Origin: Naegleria gruberi
Lineage: Eukaryota
Direction: 5' to 3' (one strand)
Assembly (NCBI GenBank): GCA_000004985.1
Contig: GG738865.1
DNA: 64,000 nt
Shown here: positions 48,165 through 58,313 of the stretch, piece after piece
How the letters are laid out: every line of letters begins with the position of its first letter
Position numbering within the stretch: position 1 is the first letter of the stretch
Translations under genes and position numbers: made by a program
The notes under the pieces: model-generated
What the model was told of the DNA's origin: nothing
Database searches by the model: none
The model's input: only the letters and a program-made list of their open reading frames with translations

Positions 48165-49424
48165 ATGGACAACAAGAACCATCTTGAATTCCTGGAAAAG
48201 CACCAATTGCTAGACAAAATCCGTAATGAAATGGGCTCAGAAAAAGCCTTCACTGCATTTCTGGAGAGTGTACGGAAATCGTATGGTCTTGGGAAGGAAC
48301 TATTCGATGAATTCATCTCCACTCCTGATACCAAGTATGCTCATGCAAGATTTATTCTCTGCAAACATTTATTCAATCCCCATATTAAGGCCACTAATTA
48401 TATTGGGTACTTGAGAGAGAATAATCTTGTTAGTAATATGCGAGATGTATTGGATAGAATTGAAAGATCTTTTAAAGGACCCTCACTAGCAAATGAAAAG
48501 AAATTTGTTCTCTTCCTTGATGGAGACAATCTTTCCAACTTGTTAACATTCAAGAAATTGAAAGAATTGTCATTTAAAGTACAGTTTCATGTCTGTCTCT
48601 TCCTCACTAAGGACATTATCAATGACTCCATGATGGGATATGAACATGAAGAGTGGCTTTCCATCATTTACTCTGAAACAAGGGAGAGGGATGCTGCTGA
48701 TAATTGTATAACCTTTTTGATGGGCAGAGTAGATTCTAAACTTGACAGGATGGATTGTGACTTTATTCTAGTCACTCGTGATCACTTTTACAGAGAAATG
48801 ATATCACAATTCGAAAAGTATTTCGATCGTCAATGCCATCATTCCAACACCATGGATGGATTGGAAGAGTTGCTCGAGAACAATGAAACATGTTTGAGAA
48901 AAAGACCAAGATCTCTCTCCTCATCAACAGTGACAGAAGCAATTCCTCTCCATTCTGTTGAGATTATGAAACTAGATCAGAAAGACCTTTCTCCCGAGTT
49001 TCTGATAGACTTCTTTAAAAAATTCTGGTTAGGAAGTGGTAAATCACAAGCATCCTTACGATTAATGTGTTTGGAGAAGTTGGTTGCATCGAGATTGTTT
49101 GTTTTGCAGAAGAATAATACCCGCTTCGATATGATACTTTTAGATTACTACTCCTCATTTATAGACTGTAGTGCCATTTGCAATTTCGCAATAAGGGTGA
49201 ACCAAAACGTAGCGCCAATCCATATTTTCTCCATTTCCACCAGATTTGGAGAAAATGGAGATTCTCCACTAATTCAACAACACACTAACTACTACCATCA
49301 AAATATCATAGAGATTGATACTGAGAAATCACAGTTACAATCTCAAAAACAATTCTCTCTCTTTGACACTGCATTTATTCTTGAGATGCATGATGGAATC
49401 AATGTTTATGTCACATCTAATTGA
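48165..49424 (+). CDS. NYN (PIN-like nuclease) domain protein, hypothetical
   Basis: KKFVLFLDGDNLSN, then ETRERDAADNCITFLMGRV and DRMDCDFILVTRDHFYREMI, matching NYN-domain acidic motifs. Single 419-aa exon. Confidence 0.5.
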   Translation: MDNKNHLEFLEKHQLLDKIRNEMGSEKAFTAFLESVRKSYGLGKELFDEFISTPDTKYAHARFILCKHLFNPHIKATNYIGYLRENNLVSNMRDVLDRIERSFKGPSLANEKKFVLFLDGDNLSNLLTFKKLKELSFKVQFHVCLFLTKDIINDSMMGYEHEEWLSIIYSETRERDAADNCITFLMGRVDSKLDRMDCDFILVTRDHFYREMISQFEKYFDRQCHHSNTMDGLEELLENNETCLRKRPRSLSSSTVTEAIPLHSVEIMKLDQKDLSPEFLIDFFKKFWLGSGKSQASLRLMCLEKLVASRLFVLQKNNTRFDMILLDYYSSFIDCSAICNFAIRVNQNVAPIHIFSISTRFGENGDSPLIQQHTNYYHQNIIEIDTEKSQLQSQKQFSLFDTAFILEMHDGINVYVTSN

Positions 49425-49960
49425 TGAGAGATTGAAAGTTGTTAATAAAGTGTTTTTCTTTATAAAAACTGTAACTGTTTTTGATACTGAACATTTCAAA
49501 ATGTTTAAAACACTCATTTTTGAATAAAGTCCAAAAAATATTTGATCATGATTTTCATTATCCATTACAATAAATCTGATTGTGAAATTTCTAATTTCAC
49601 ATTGGCAACTATCTTTTTAGATCTTAAAAATTCGCACAGTTTTCTAGAGTTGACTTTATTTGCAGTAGTTTTTCCAAAAAGTCGAAAATTTAAATGGCCG
49701 CAATTCCGTTGGTCAATTGGATAAATTGGGTAAAAAACAAGTCATTCAAAATCTTTGCAAATTATTCATCCATTCTCATAGATTCTATCAAGCTTGCTCA
49801 GAAAATTGTCGTAAAAAAAGTGTCAACAAATACCGCCGGGGCTGTTTTGTGCAAAAACCACAACACATCATTTCCTAATTGTTTCCAATTTTGATATTAG
49901 ACTTTAAAACCTACCACCATCAATAACATCAAAGAACCATCATATAAAGAAAACACTATA

Positions 49961-52488
49961 TTGTTAATCAGATTGCTTATCAATATGTTGGTCAATTCGT
50001 CGTCTCCATCTTCGGTTCATCCACACAGTAAACTTTTAAATTCATCATCCTCTTCGAGTAATAATAATAACATGACGATTTCTAACAAATCTGCAGTGGC
50101 GAGTCAACCTGTATTCATTAATACTACTTCAACTTCATATTCTGCCTCCTATACGAATCTAAAACAACAACAATCGGCACCAATTTCAATGGCTAACACC
50201 ACAAATAATAATAGCAAACATATTACGAGACAATCCTCCACTCTAACTTCTTATTCATCCTCCAATAATATCAACAACAACAGCAACAATACAAAGATTA
50301 TCAATTCAAAGCCCGTTCTGCAGATCAACTCTACAAATTTTGGCGACAAACTCGCACATAATGTTATTCATCAAACAGAAACATTTAAAACAATACCCAA
50401 CAACACTAATTATTCCCAAATCAATCCAAAAACTCTTTATAGCACCGATTACAATATTCAGTCAACCAGTAACAGTCCACCACTGGCTAACAAGGCAGGC
50501 ACCTCCAAACACAGTAATATTCAAAGCTGTGTGCACCATCAACAACCAAACACTATTTCAAATACAGTGACAAACTCCACCGCACAAAATATCAATAATA
50601 TTAATAGACAAGTCAGGAGTACAAGTAATGGAAGTGATGTCCTTCCATTGAATCTTGGTGTTAACACAATGAGAACAAATAGCAGCAATGGTCAACATAT
50701 TAGGGGGCTTGCAATAAGTACTTCCTCACTAACAACAAACTCCTCAACCAAACTACCTCCTCTTTCCCTTCATCGATTGGAAAAATCTACCTCTGAGTCA
50801 TCATTGGAAAATTTACATAATCACCACCATCAACATGGTGCTGAACCAGCAACACCAAGAGTTGTTAATCTTGACAAGTATTTTAAATTTGCTCAACTAA
50901 TTATGGACGAGGAGGCATGTGAGGTTTTTCTTGAATTTTTGAGAAGGAAACGAAATGAAGAAAACTTGGAGTTTATTCTTCAAGTTTCTGCTCTTAAAAA
51001 GATTCCAACACTAAGTCATGGATATGCTATTGAAATTTTGCAAAGAATTCGTTCTGATTTTCTAACTAACGGCGCCAGTACGAACTGAATGTTAGCAAAC
51101 ATGTCAAATCACTCTCGATTGACAGGATTGATCGCTGTTTACAACAATCAATGCCATCAAGTCATTCTTCACTCAATTTTGCCAGTTCTCCTGTTGATTC
51201 TCTTATCCAATCCTCTTCGCCATCTACTGTTTCGACTCTAACTTATTCAACAACAGCCAATTCTGTGGACAACTCATACGATTCTCCAAGTTTAATATCC
51301 TCTTCCTTTTCCTCATTATCGTTGCTTCACAACTCATCACCAAGAGATCATTCAGAGTGTAGCTCCACATTCACAATGAGTGGAGAAATAATTCCACAAC
51401 AACCTATAACAACGAGTACCATATTGAAAGAGATCGAGTTGGAGGTTAGACTCCAGTTACAGAATGAGTCTTTCAAGGAATTTAAAGCAAGTGACGAGTT
51501 TGAACACTTTTTATTGACAAAAGTGATTGAACAGAGTCAGAATAATAACCCTGTGAATGATCAATCCCCACACAACTCTCCTCATCAATCTGAGACTGTA
51601 AGCTCTTCTAGATCAGACAAGTCTAACTCTTCTATTGGTTCTCCACAGTCCAGTAATTTCTTCTCCAAGATTTTCAAGAAGAAATCTACAACAAGCACTG
51701 CTGTTCAAGAACCAAAATCTGATGAATCAATTACAGATGATGAAACGTCAGTTGGAAGTGGTGAATCAGAATATATTTACAATCCTCAGAATCCTAATGA
51801 TATCACCTTTGTGGAAAATCTTCAGATCAGAAAGTGGAGTAATCAACAAGTGATCAACTTTTTCAAATTCAAGTTGGATCTACCAGAATATACTGATGCT
51901 TTGAAAAAGAATGAAATCAAAGGAATTGATCTTAGCTTATTGAAAAAGGAAGATACTCCAGATCAAGCAGCAGATAAGATTGATACTTCTGATCTTCAAA
52001 AGAAGGTCGATGCACTCTACAAGAAGATAAAGATGGTTAAACTTGGACACAAGAAAAAGCTTCAAAGAGAAGTCAATGAAGCAATAATTGCCTATCAGAA
52101 AAAGCAACAAAAATCCAACAAGATTTCATCTCTTGAACGTCCAAGAAAAGTTTCTGATTCTATTCTTCCAAAATCACAAATCTCCACATCAATGGACGCT
52201 GACTTGACTACGATCATTATCAAGTTGTGGATTCTGCCAATGGATCAGAAACGAGTTTTCACTGTCAAACGTTGTATCAAGCTTGATCGTTTAAAAACAA
52301 TCATTCTCAAGGAAGTTAGTGATATTGTAGAGAAAAAGTTTCCATCTGAAAATCCAACACTTTTAATGAATAATCGAGTCATTAAAACCTCAAAAGGTGA
52401 CTCTCTCACTTCTAATGAAAAACTTTACCAATACCTATGCTCAGAATCTACCAGCAGTCAATTTGTTACTCTAAAGATTGAATTTTAA
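49961..52488 (+). CDS. RGS-domain + SAM-domain protein. Two ORFs (49961..51088, 51151..52488), presumably one gene with an unresolved junction
   Basis: RGS N-terminal half FAQLIMDEEACEVFLEFLRRKRNEENLEFILQVSALKKIPTLSHGYAIEILQRIRSDFL ends at TGA 51086. An RGS C-terminal-like segment (EVRLQLQNESFKEFKASDEFEHFLL) and a SAM-like segment (WSNQQVINFFKFKLDLPEYTDALKKNEIKGIDLSLL) lie in the downstream ORF, which is in a different frame. Confidence 0.55.
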
Positions 52489-52576
52489 ATCATAATAAAT
52501 TAAACAATTTATTTTGAATTTTCCAAATTTAGTGCCAACAATTTAATTAAAATTTTCTAAATCTAATGAATTTCTC

Positions 52577-53824
52577 TTAATTCCCCTTGATGAAATTCCG
52601 AGTGGTAGATTTGGCAGCAATTATTGTCTTTGTTTTTAGGGTGAAATTATCTGGTCGATAGGCAAGGAACGCATGTCTAAGATCTATGAGATTTTCACTA
52701 GGAGAAATAATAGGTTGACCTTCAAGTTTGATATCTGGAAATGTGAATTGACATTCCACATTATATGACTCATCATTATCTTCTTCAGATGGTTTTGATT
52801 TTAATTTTAGGATGCCAGACACAATAATAGATGAAGTGTTGAGCGGAATATTATTCACTTTGCATTCTCCCTTATCTATGGATGTTTGAGATATTTCCTG
52901 ATTGTTTGAATCAAGGAATTTGAATGAAACATTCTTAAACCATGATGAAATTCTATTTCCATTCTTTTCTGATCTGAATTGGCAATCAAACGAAAGCTCT
53001 TCTTGTTGTTTTTGAATAGAGAGCAGATAAGATTTTGAGGCAACATAGGTCGGTATCTGATATCCTAATCCATTCATTAACCTCTCCATAAATTCATCTG
53101 TTTTCATATTGATTTTCACATCTGCATAAATATCCTTTGGTGTGGTTTGTAAATTTACAATTATTAATTTTCCCTTATGTCCGTAAGTGTTGAATTTACA
53201 CAATTGTGGCAAATCGCAAATTGGCAATACCTTCAAGCTAGTTCCAAGAACAATTGCCACATCTGCCAATTTCGAATGTTCCAAAGCCCTTTCGAACCAC
53301 TTCTGATCCAGTGGATCGTTAAAATTGACAATAGTATCAAACAATTCCTTTCCACACTTATTGCAAAATCTTCCAGTTGTATGCTCATGCACTTCCTTAT
53401 TATTTCTAACTGAATAATCTCTAACATATTCAATTTCACATTCTTTACAAATTTCAATATTTGTATTTCCATGAATTTCACTCATACAATCTCTTGAAAT
53501 TCCAGATTCCAAATGAAGTCCATCAACATTTTGTGAAGTGAGATATTTCAACTTTTTTTGTTTGTACAATTCTGATATTGCCATGTGACATTTTGTTGGA
53601 AACTTGATGAAAGGAACAGATTTGACTGGTTCCTTCCCTTGCTTCAACATGGTCCAAATTCCCTTCGGACCTCTATAATCAATTATACCACTCTCCGTAG
53701 AAATACCAGCCCCCGTATAAATAACCAAATGTTTAGAATCCTTCACATAGTCAATGACCCATTTGATCTTTTCTTCAATCTCCTCGGCAGAGTCAAAATA
53801 TTCAGTACAATCTTCTTGTTCCAT
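52577..53824 (-). CDS. NAD-dependent protein deacylase, sirtuin class IV (SIRT6/7-like) with C-terminal extension
   Basis: GAGISTESGIIDYRGPKGIWT..QNVDGLHLESG..LSEIHGN, Zn ribbon (CKECEIEY..CNKCG), GTSLKV..LIIVNLQTTP..DEFMERLMNGLG. Collinear with SIRT6 from memory. Confidence 0.85.
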   Translation of the reverse strand: MEQEDCTEYFDSAEEIEEKIKWVIDYVKDSKHLVIYTGAGISTESGIIDYRGPKGIWTMLKQGKEPVKSVPFIKFPTKCHMAISELYKQKKLKYLTSQNVDGLHLESGISRDCMSEIHGNTNIEICKECEIEYVRDYSVRNNKEVHEHTTGRFCNKCGKELFDTIVNFNDPLDQKWFERALEHSKLADVAIVLGTSLKVLPICDLPQLCKFNTYGHKGKLIIVNLQTTPKDIYADVKINMKTDEFMERLMNGLGYQIPTYVASKSYLLSIQKQQEELSFDCQFRSEKNGNRISSWFKNVSFKFLDSNNQEISQTSIDKGECKVNNIPLNTSSIIVSGILKLKSKPSEEDNDESYNVECQFTFPDIKLEGQPIISPSENLIDLRHAFLAYRPDNFTLKTKTIIAAKSTTRNFIKGN

Positions 53825-53956
53825 TTTTTTCTGTTTTGTTTATATTGAATTCTGGAATTGAATATACTCCTTCTCTGATTCTCAACTTTGAAATTGAATT
53901 GGTAAATTGCTAGCGACACTAAGGAAAAATTTTGTATAAAATTGATTTTTATTACT

Positions 53957-55709
53957 TTAATAACAGATGGCAATGAAAGCAAAGATAACAAACAAGATAA
54001 GATTGAGTAAATTGTTAAGGATTGTTGAGGAAGATCCTGAATGGCTTGGATTGCTGTGATATGGAGCTGGAGAAACATAAATAGGTCCACAACTTCTACT
54101 AATGTCTTGAGTTTGATTGTAGGAGGAGAGGAATTTGTATTGTTCTCTAGTCAATGAACGGAATTGAGCACAATCCATCAAAAAAACTCTTCCACAATCA
54201 ATACCATCCTGAAGTTGAGGAATAGTGAGTCCACTAAAGGTTGAAGGTTGAATACAATTGTACAAATAGGATGGATTTTGCAAAGCACAGATGAGGTGAG
54301 AGGTCATTTGAGAAATTTGATCAGCTCTTAAACCTGAGATTGAAGCACAATCCAAAGCTGACACTTGTCCATCAGTGGCATTAGTAAAAATGTTTGAGCT
54401 CATTTGACTAACTTGAATTTCCAAAAATCCAGAGAATGTGTAAGTTGAAATCTTTGGAATATCATAACTTGTTAGCTTTGAAGTGTAAACAGCAGATGAT
54501 GAAGCCAATTGCAACCAATTTAATTGACGAATATCGCTTGGTAAATTGTTTGCTGATTGTAATTGATAGGTGGAGAACATGAGCTTCATTTGAGAAACAA
54601 TCAAAAAATCAATTCTTTGAGCTTGGTCCAATGATAATCCTTCAAATAATTCCTTTCTCTTGTATCTGTATTTTTATAATGATATTCCAATAAAGTTACA
54701 ATACTTACTTGTAAATTTGAGCTAATTGAGATGAAGAAATAAGAGAGAATGCTGCTGGAGGAATATTACTAATAAGGTCAGCTGTTAAACCTCTAAGGCC
54801 AGGATTTGGAATACTCTCCATACAGAGAGCAGACATGCCACGCATGGCACTTGGAGGAATATTGGAAATACACGACTCTGTAAACATACAACTTTCGTAT
54901 GGTAGCAGGGATAACTTGTTAGCACTAAATCCGGCACATACTTCTCCATCAAATAATTGGAAAATTTGAGGTCCAATATATGAAACAAGTCCATCTGATA
55001 ATTTAGAAAATCTTTTAGAATCCATAAAAACAAGAATGCTAGCTGGTATCTTTGCAAAACAAGGATATTCAAATCCAGATAAACTATCCAATGAAATGTT
55101 GAAGAAACAAGCCTTTGAGAAACCAATGCAAGTATCAAACATAACAGTTGAAGTGAGTCTAGAAAGTTGAAGTTTAGAGAAGGCAGCACAAGTTGCAGGA
55201 CTAATAGAGCTCAATTGACTTGCTGTCAACCCAGTAAAAGAATCAGGTTGAATATTCTGTAATTGATTATAAGAAAGCATTCCCATAGCATCAGTTCTAA
55301 TATTCAAAATACAAGGAGAGGTAAATCCTGAAAAGGCCAAAGCAGGAATATTTGCAAAACAAAGTGGTGTGAAACCAACACATCCATCTTCTGTCAATCT
55401 CGTAATTTGTTCTGATCTAAACCCAACACAAGCAGATGAAGGAATAGAAGCAATATCTAATGCCGAAACACTAGTAAAAACAGAAGGATCCAAAGCCTGT
55501 AATTCACTTGCTGTAATATTATTCCAATTAACTTGAGACAAAATCATTGTTTTTGTTGTTGAACATTCTCCAAAAGTTCCAAGTAATATAATTGATGTTA
55601 TTATCAATGAACACAACAATAAAACAAGCCTTGTTTGTTGTTGTGGTTGTGCATGATGACAATTCTTCCCGTTCATCACCAGTACGGAAGAGAAAAGAGA
55701 GATAGGCAT
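53957..55709 (-). CDS. Putative surface protein built of ~22-25-aa cysteine-containing repeats, with N-terminal signal anchor and C-terminal hydrophobic (GPI-like) tail; complement(join(53957..54665,54709..55709))
   Basis: ORFs 54705..55709 and 53957..54631 are joined by a 43-nt GTAAGT..TACAG intron (phase 2). Repeats of the form ..S.L..L..S.F..L....I..I..S.C.GF resemble LRR-like surface proteins but are not canonical LRR. Ends ..SSTILNNLLNLILFVIFAFIAICY. Confidence 0.55.
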
Positions 55710-56249
55710 TTTTTGAAAAGAAAATTGTGAGGTTCGGGAAATGTCTGTTTATTGGTTCTAATCACAAATATTGCACCCATCAAATAGCCACTTTAGAATC
55801 CTTTTAGATATTTTCTTATTGGTTATGGTGTTTGTTAATCATGATCCTATTGGTACCGATTGTTTTTTTGAGATTTACATCGATTATTCCTGTTCGCTCG
55901 ACGAGAAGGTGAAGAAAAAGAGAGAATCACTTATTCGTTAGATTGATGGAATCGCATTTTTTAAAATTGTTTTAAAATTTTAATTATTTCAAAATTAAAA
56001 AAAATCGAAACAACTTCCTTCGATCATATTTCTATACAACAACAACAAGAATAATTGCCAATCATTTAATTTCTTGATAAATTGTGCTATTTGTTGTTAC
56101 AACTCGATTGACGATTAATTTATCGAGTTATTAGAGAACCGTTTTTTAAGATAAATATTATTACGAGAAGGAAATTTGTAAATTTGCAATAACGAAATAT
56201 TATCATCATCATCTAATATATTTATAATAATAATAATAACAGCATAGAA

Positions 56250-58184
56250 ATGACATTTCGTAATCTTTCAAGTGACGAAGTTAATTTCATGATTTATAGA
56301 TATCTTCAGGAATCTGGCTTTAAACACAGCGCCTTTTCTTTTGCTAGTGAAAGTAATGTACAATCGTGTGGTATTAGAGGAGCAGAAGTTCCACCAGGAG
56401 CCTTGATTTCCTTCCTTCAAAAAGGTATACAATACCTTGAAGTTGAAACTAAACTACGAAACAAGAGTGATCAACAAGTACAATTTGATACTGTATTTGA
56501 AATGCTTTTACCAGATGTACCTAAAGAAAAGTTACTCTTTACCAGAGGTACACCACCAGGTGTAACTACATCAATTGCTATGGCAGGTACTATTTCAGAT
56601 CATCCTTCATCATCCACAAATAATTCTAGATCCACTACTATACAATCCTCTACTACTACTCAACAAGCTTCTACCTCTAAAACAACAAGCGGAAGCTTAA
56701 AGGAAACCAATTCTTCATCAAATTCTTCCAATCCAACAAATCCTAATAACACAACCACTACAGCTTCTACTACTTCTACTACTAATACCACACAACGACG
56801 AAAGAATTCATCCAGCGAAAAAGCCAATGTTAGAACAAGTTCTAATGCTAATGGTAATAGCGGAACCAATTCTTCTGGACGTCCATCAAAGAAACAAAAA
56901 CAAAATACTACAACACCTGCAACTACAAGTAGTACTGCTGTTACTACTAGTGGAACATCATTGGCCAGTAATGGTTCACACAATAGTTTGGCAACTCATG
57001 ATGAAGAGAGTGCTGCCGTTATGGTTATTGATGAAGGACATTTGTATCATTCTGAAGCCAATACTAGTACAATAATACCTGATAGTCTTGTTACTAAACT
57101 GAAAGGACACACTCATGAAGTTTTTATTTGTGCTTGGAATCCTGCTCGTAGCAATGTTTTGGCATCAGGATCTGGTGATTCCACTGCTAGGATTTGGGAA
57201 TTGGTTAAAGATGAAGTTGGTCCTAGGGCAGCTCCTCTTCATCCACTTGTTTTAAATCACGGAGATAATACAGCTACAGGAGAGCTTCAAGCTTCAACTA
57301 AGGATGTCACAACTCTTGATTGGAGTGGAGATGGTAAAAGGCTTGCAACTGGTTCATATGATGGTAAAGCTAGGATTTGGTCTGAAGATGGTAGACTCAG
57401 ATGTATTTTGGATCAACACAAGGGTCCAATCTTTTCACTTAAATGGAATAAGGCAGGAAATTATCTTTTATCTGGTTCAGTTGACAATACTTCAATTGTA
57501 TGGGATGTTGAAAATAATCAAGTTAAACAACAATTTGCTCATCACTCTGCACCAACATTGGATGTTGATTGGAGAACTAACACCTCTTTTGCTACATGCT
57601 CAACTGATAGAATGATTTATGTTTATGAATTGGGTACAAGTAACCCAACCAGAACATTTTCTGGACACGAAGATGAAGTCAATGCTATTCGATGGAGTCC
57701 AAATGGTAAACTTTTGGCTTCATGTTCTGATGACTTTACAGCCAAGATTTGGTCCTATGATAGTCAAAAATGTGTCTGGGACTTTAAGGAACACACAAAG
57801 GAAATTTACACAATCAAATGGAGTCCAACAGGTCCTGGAACTGATTATCCTAATAAGAATACAGTTTTGGCAAGTGCTTCATTTGATGCTTCTATCAAGT
57901 TGTGGGATCCTATTGCCGGAAAATGTTTACATTCACTCACAAAACATACTGATCCTGTATATTCTGTAGCTTTCAGCCCTGATGGTAAATATTTAGCAAG
58001 TGGGTCCTTTGATCGTTATTTGCACATTTGGTCAGTTCATGATGGTAAATTAGTAAGGACATATCATGGAAGTGGTAGTATTTTTGAAGTTTGTTGGAAT
58101 GCAACTGGTGATAAGGTTGCTGCTTGTTTCTCGAACTCTATAACGGAGGAATTTAATGTTTGTGTTCTCGATTTTCGTATGTAA
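56250..58184 (+). CDS. TBL1: TBL1/TBLR1 (Ebi)-like LisH + WD40 repeat protein with long S/T/N-rich insert
   Basis: N-terminal LisH (MTFRNLSSDEVNFMIYRYLQESGFKHSAFSFASES). Seven or more WD40 repeats (GHTHEVFICAWNP.., ..LASGSGDSTARIWEL.., ..GSYDGKARIWS.., ..GSVDNTSIVWD.. etc.). Single exon. Confidence 0.8.
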   Translation: MTFRNLSSDEVNFMIYRYLQESGFKHSAFSFASESNVQSCGIRGAEVPPGALISFLQKGIQYLEVETKLRNKSDQQVQFDTVFEMLLPDVPKEKLLFTRGTPPGVTTSIAMAGTISDHPSSSTNNSRSTTIQSSTTTQQASTSKTTSGSLKETNSSSNSSNPTNPNNTTTTASTTSTTNTTQRRKNSSSEKANVRTSSNANGNSGTNSSGRPSKKQKQNTTTPATTSSTAVTTSGTSLASNGSHNSLATHDEESAAVMVIDEGHLYHSEANTSTIIPDSLVTKLKGHTHEVFICAWNPARSNVLASGSGDSTARIWELVKDEVGPRAAPLHPLVLNHGDNTATGELQASTKDVTTLDWSGDGKRLATGSYDGKARIWSEDGRLRCILDQHKGPIFSLKWNKAGNYLLSGSVDNTSIVWDVENNQVKQQFAHHSAPTLDVDWRTNTSFATCSTDRMIYVYELGTSNPTRTFSGHEDEVNAIRWSPNGKLLASCSDDFTAKIWSYDSQKCVWDFKEHTKEIYTIKWSPTGPGTDYPNKNTVLASASFDASIKLWDPIAGKCLHSLTKHTDPVYSVAFSPDGKYLASGSFDRYLHIWSVHDGKLVRTYHGSGSIFEVCWNATGDKVAACFSNSITEEFNVCVLDFRM

Positions 58185-58313
58185 TCGTTTGAATAAATCC
58201 ATGTTTTCTATTAAGGTATTTTGTTTAAAATTGTAAACTTTTCCAATGTGTACTGTTACGAATAAAAGGTATTTGTAAAATGTTATTGATCTAATTGACC
58301 AATAAAATGTTGT

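Noticed and set aside
56660-56983. Minus-strand 107-aa ORF opposite the TBL1-like gene
   Set aside because: It lies opposite the S/T-rich low-complexity insert of the WD40 gene, which is codon-biased repeat DNA that lacks stops on the opposite strand.
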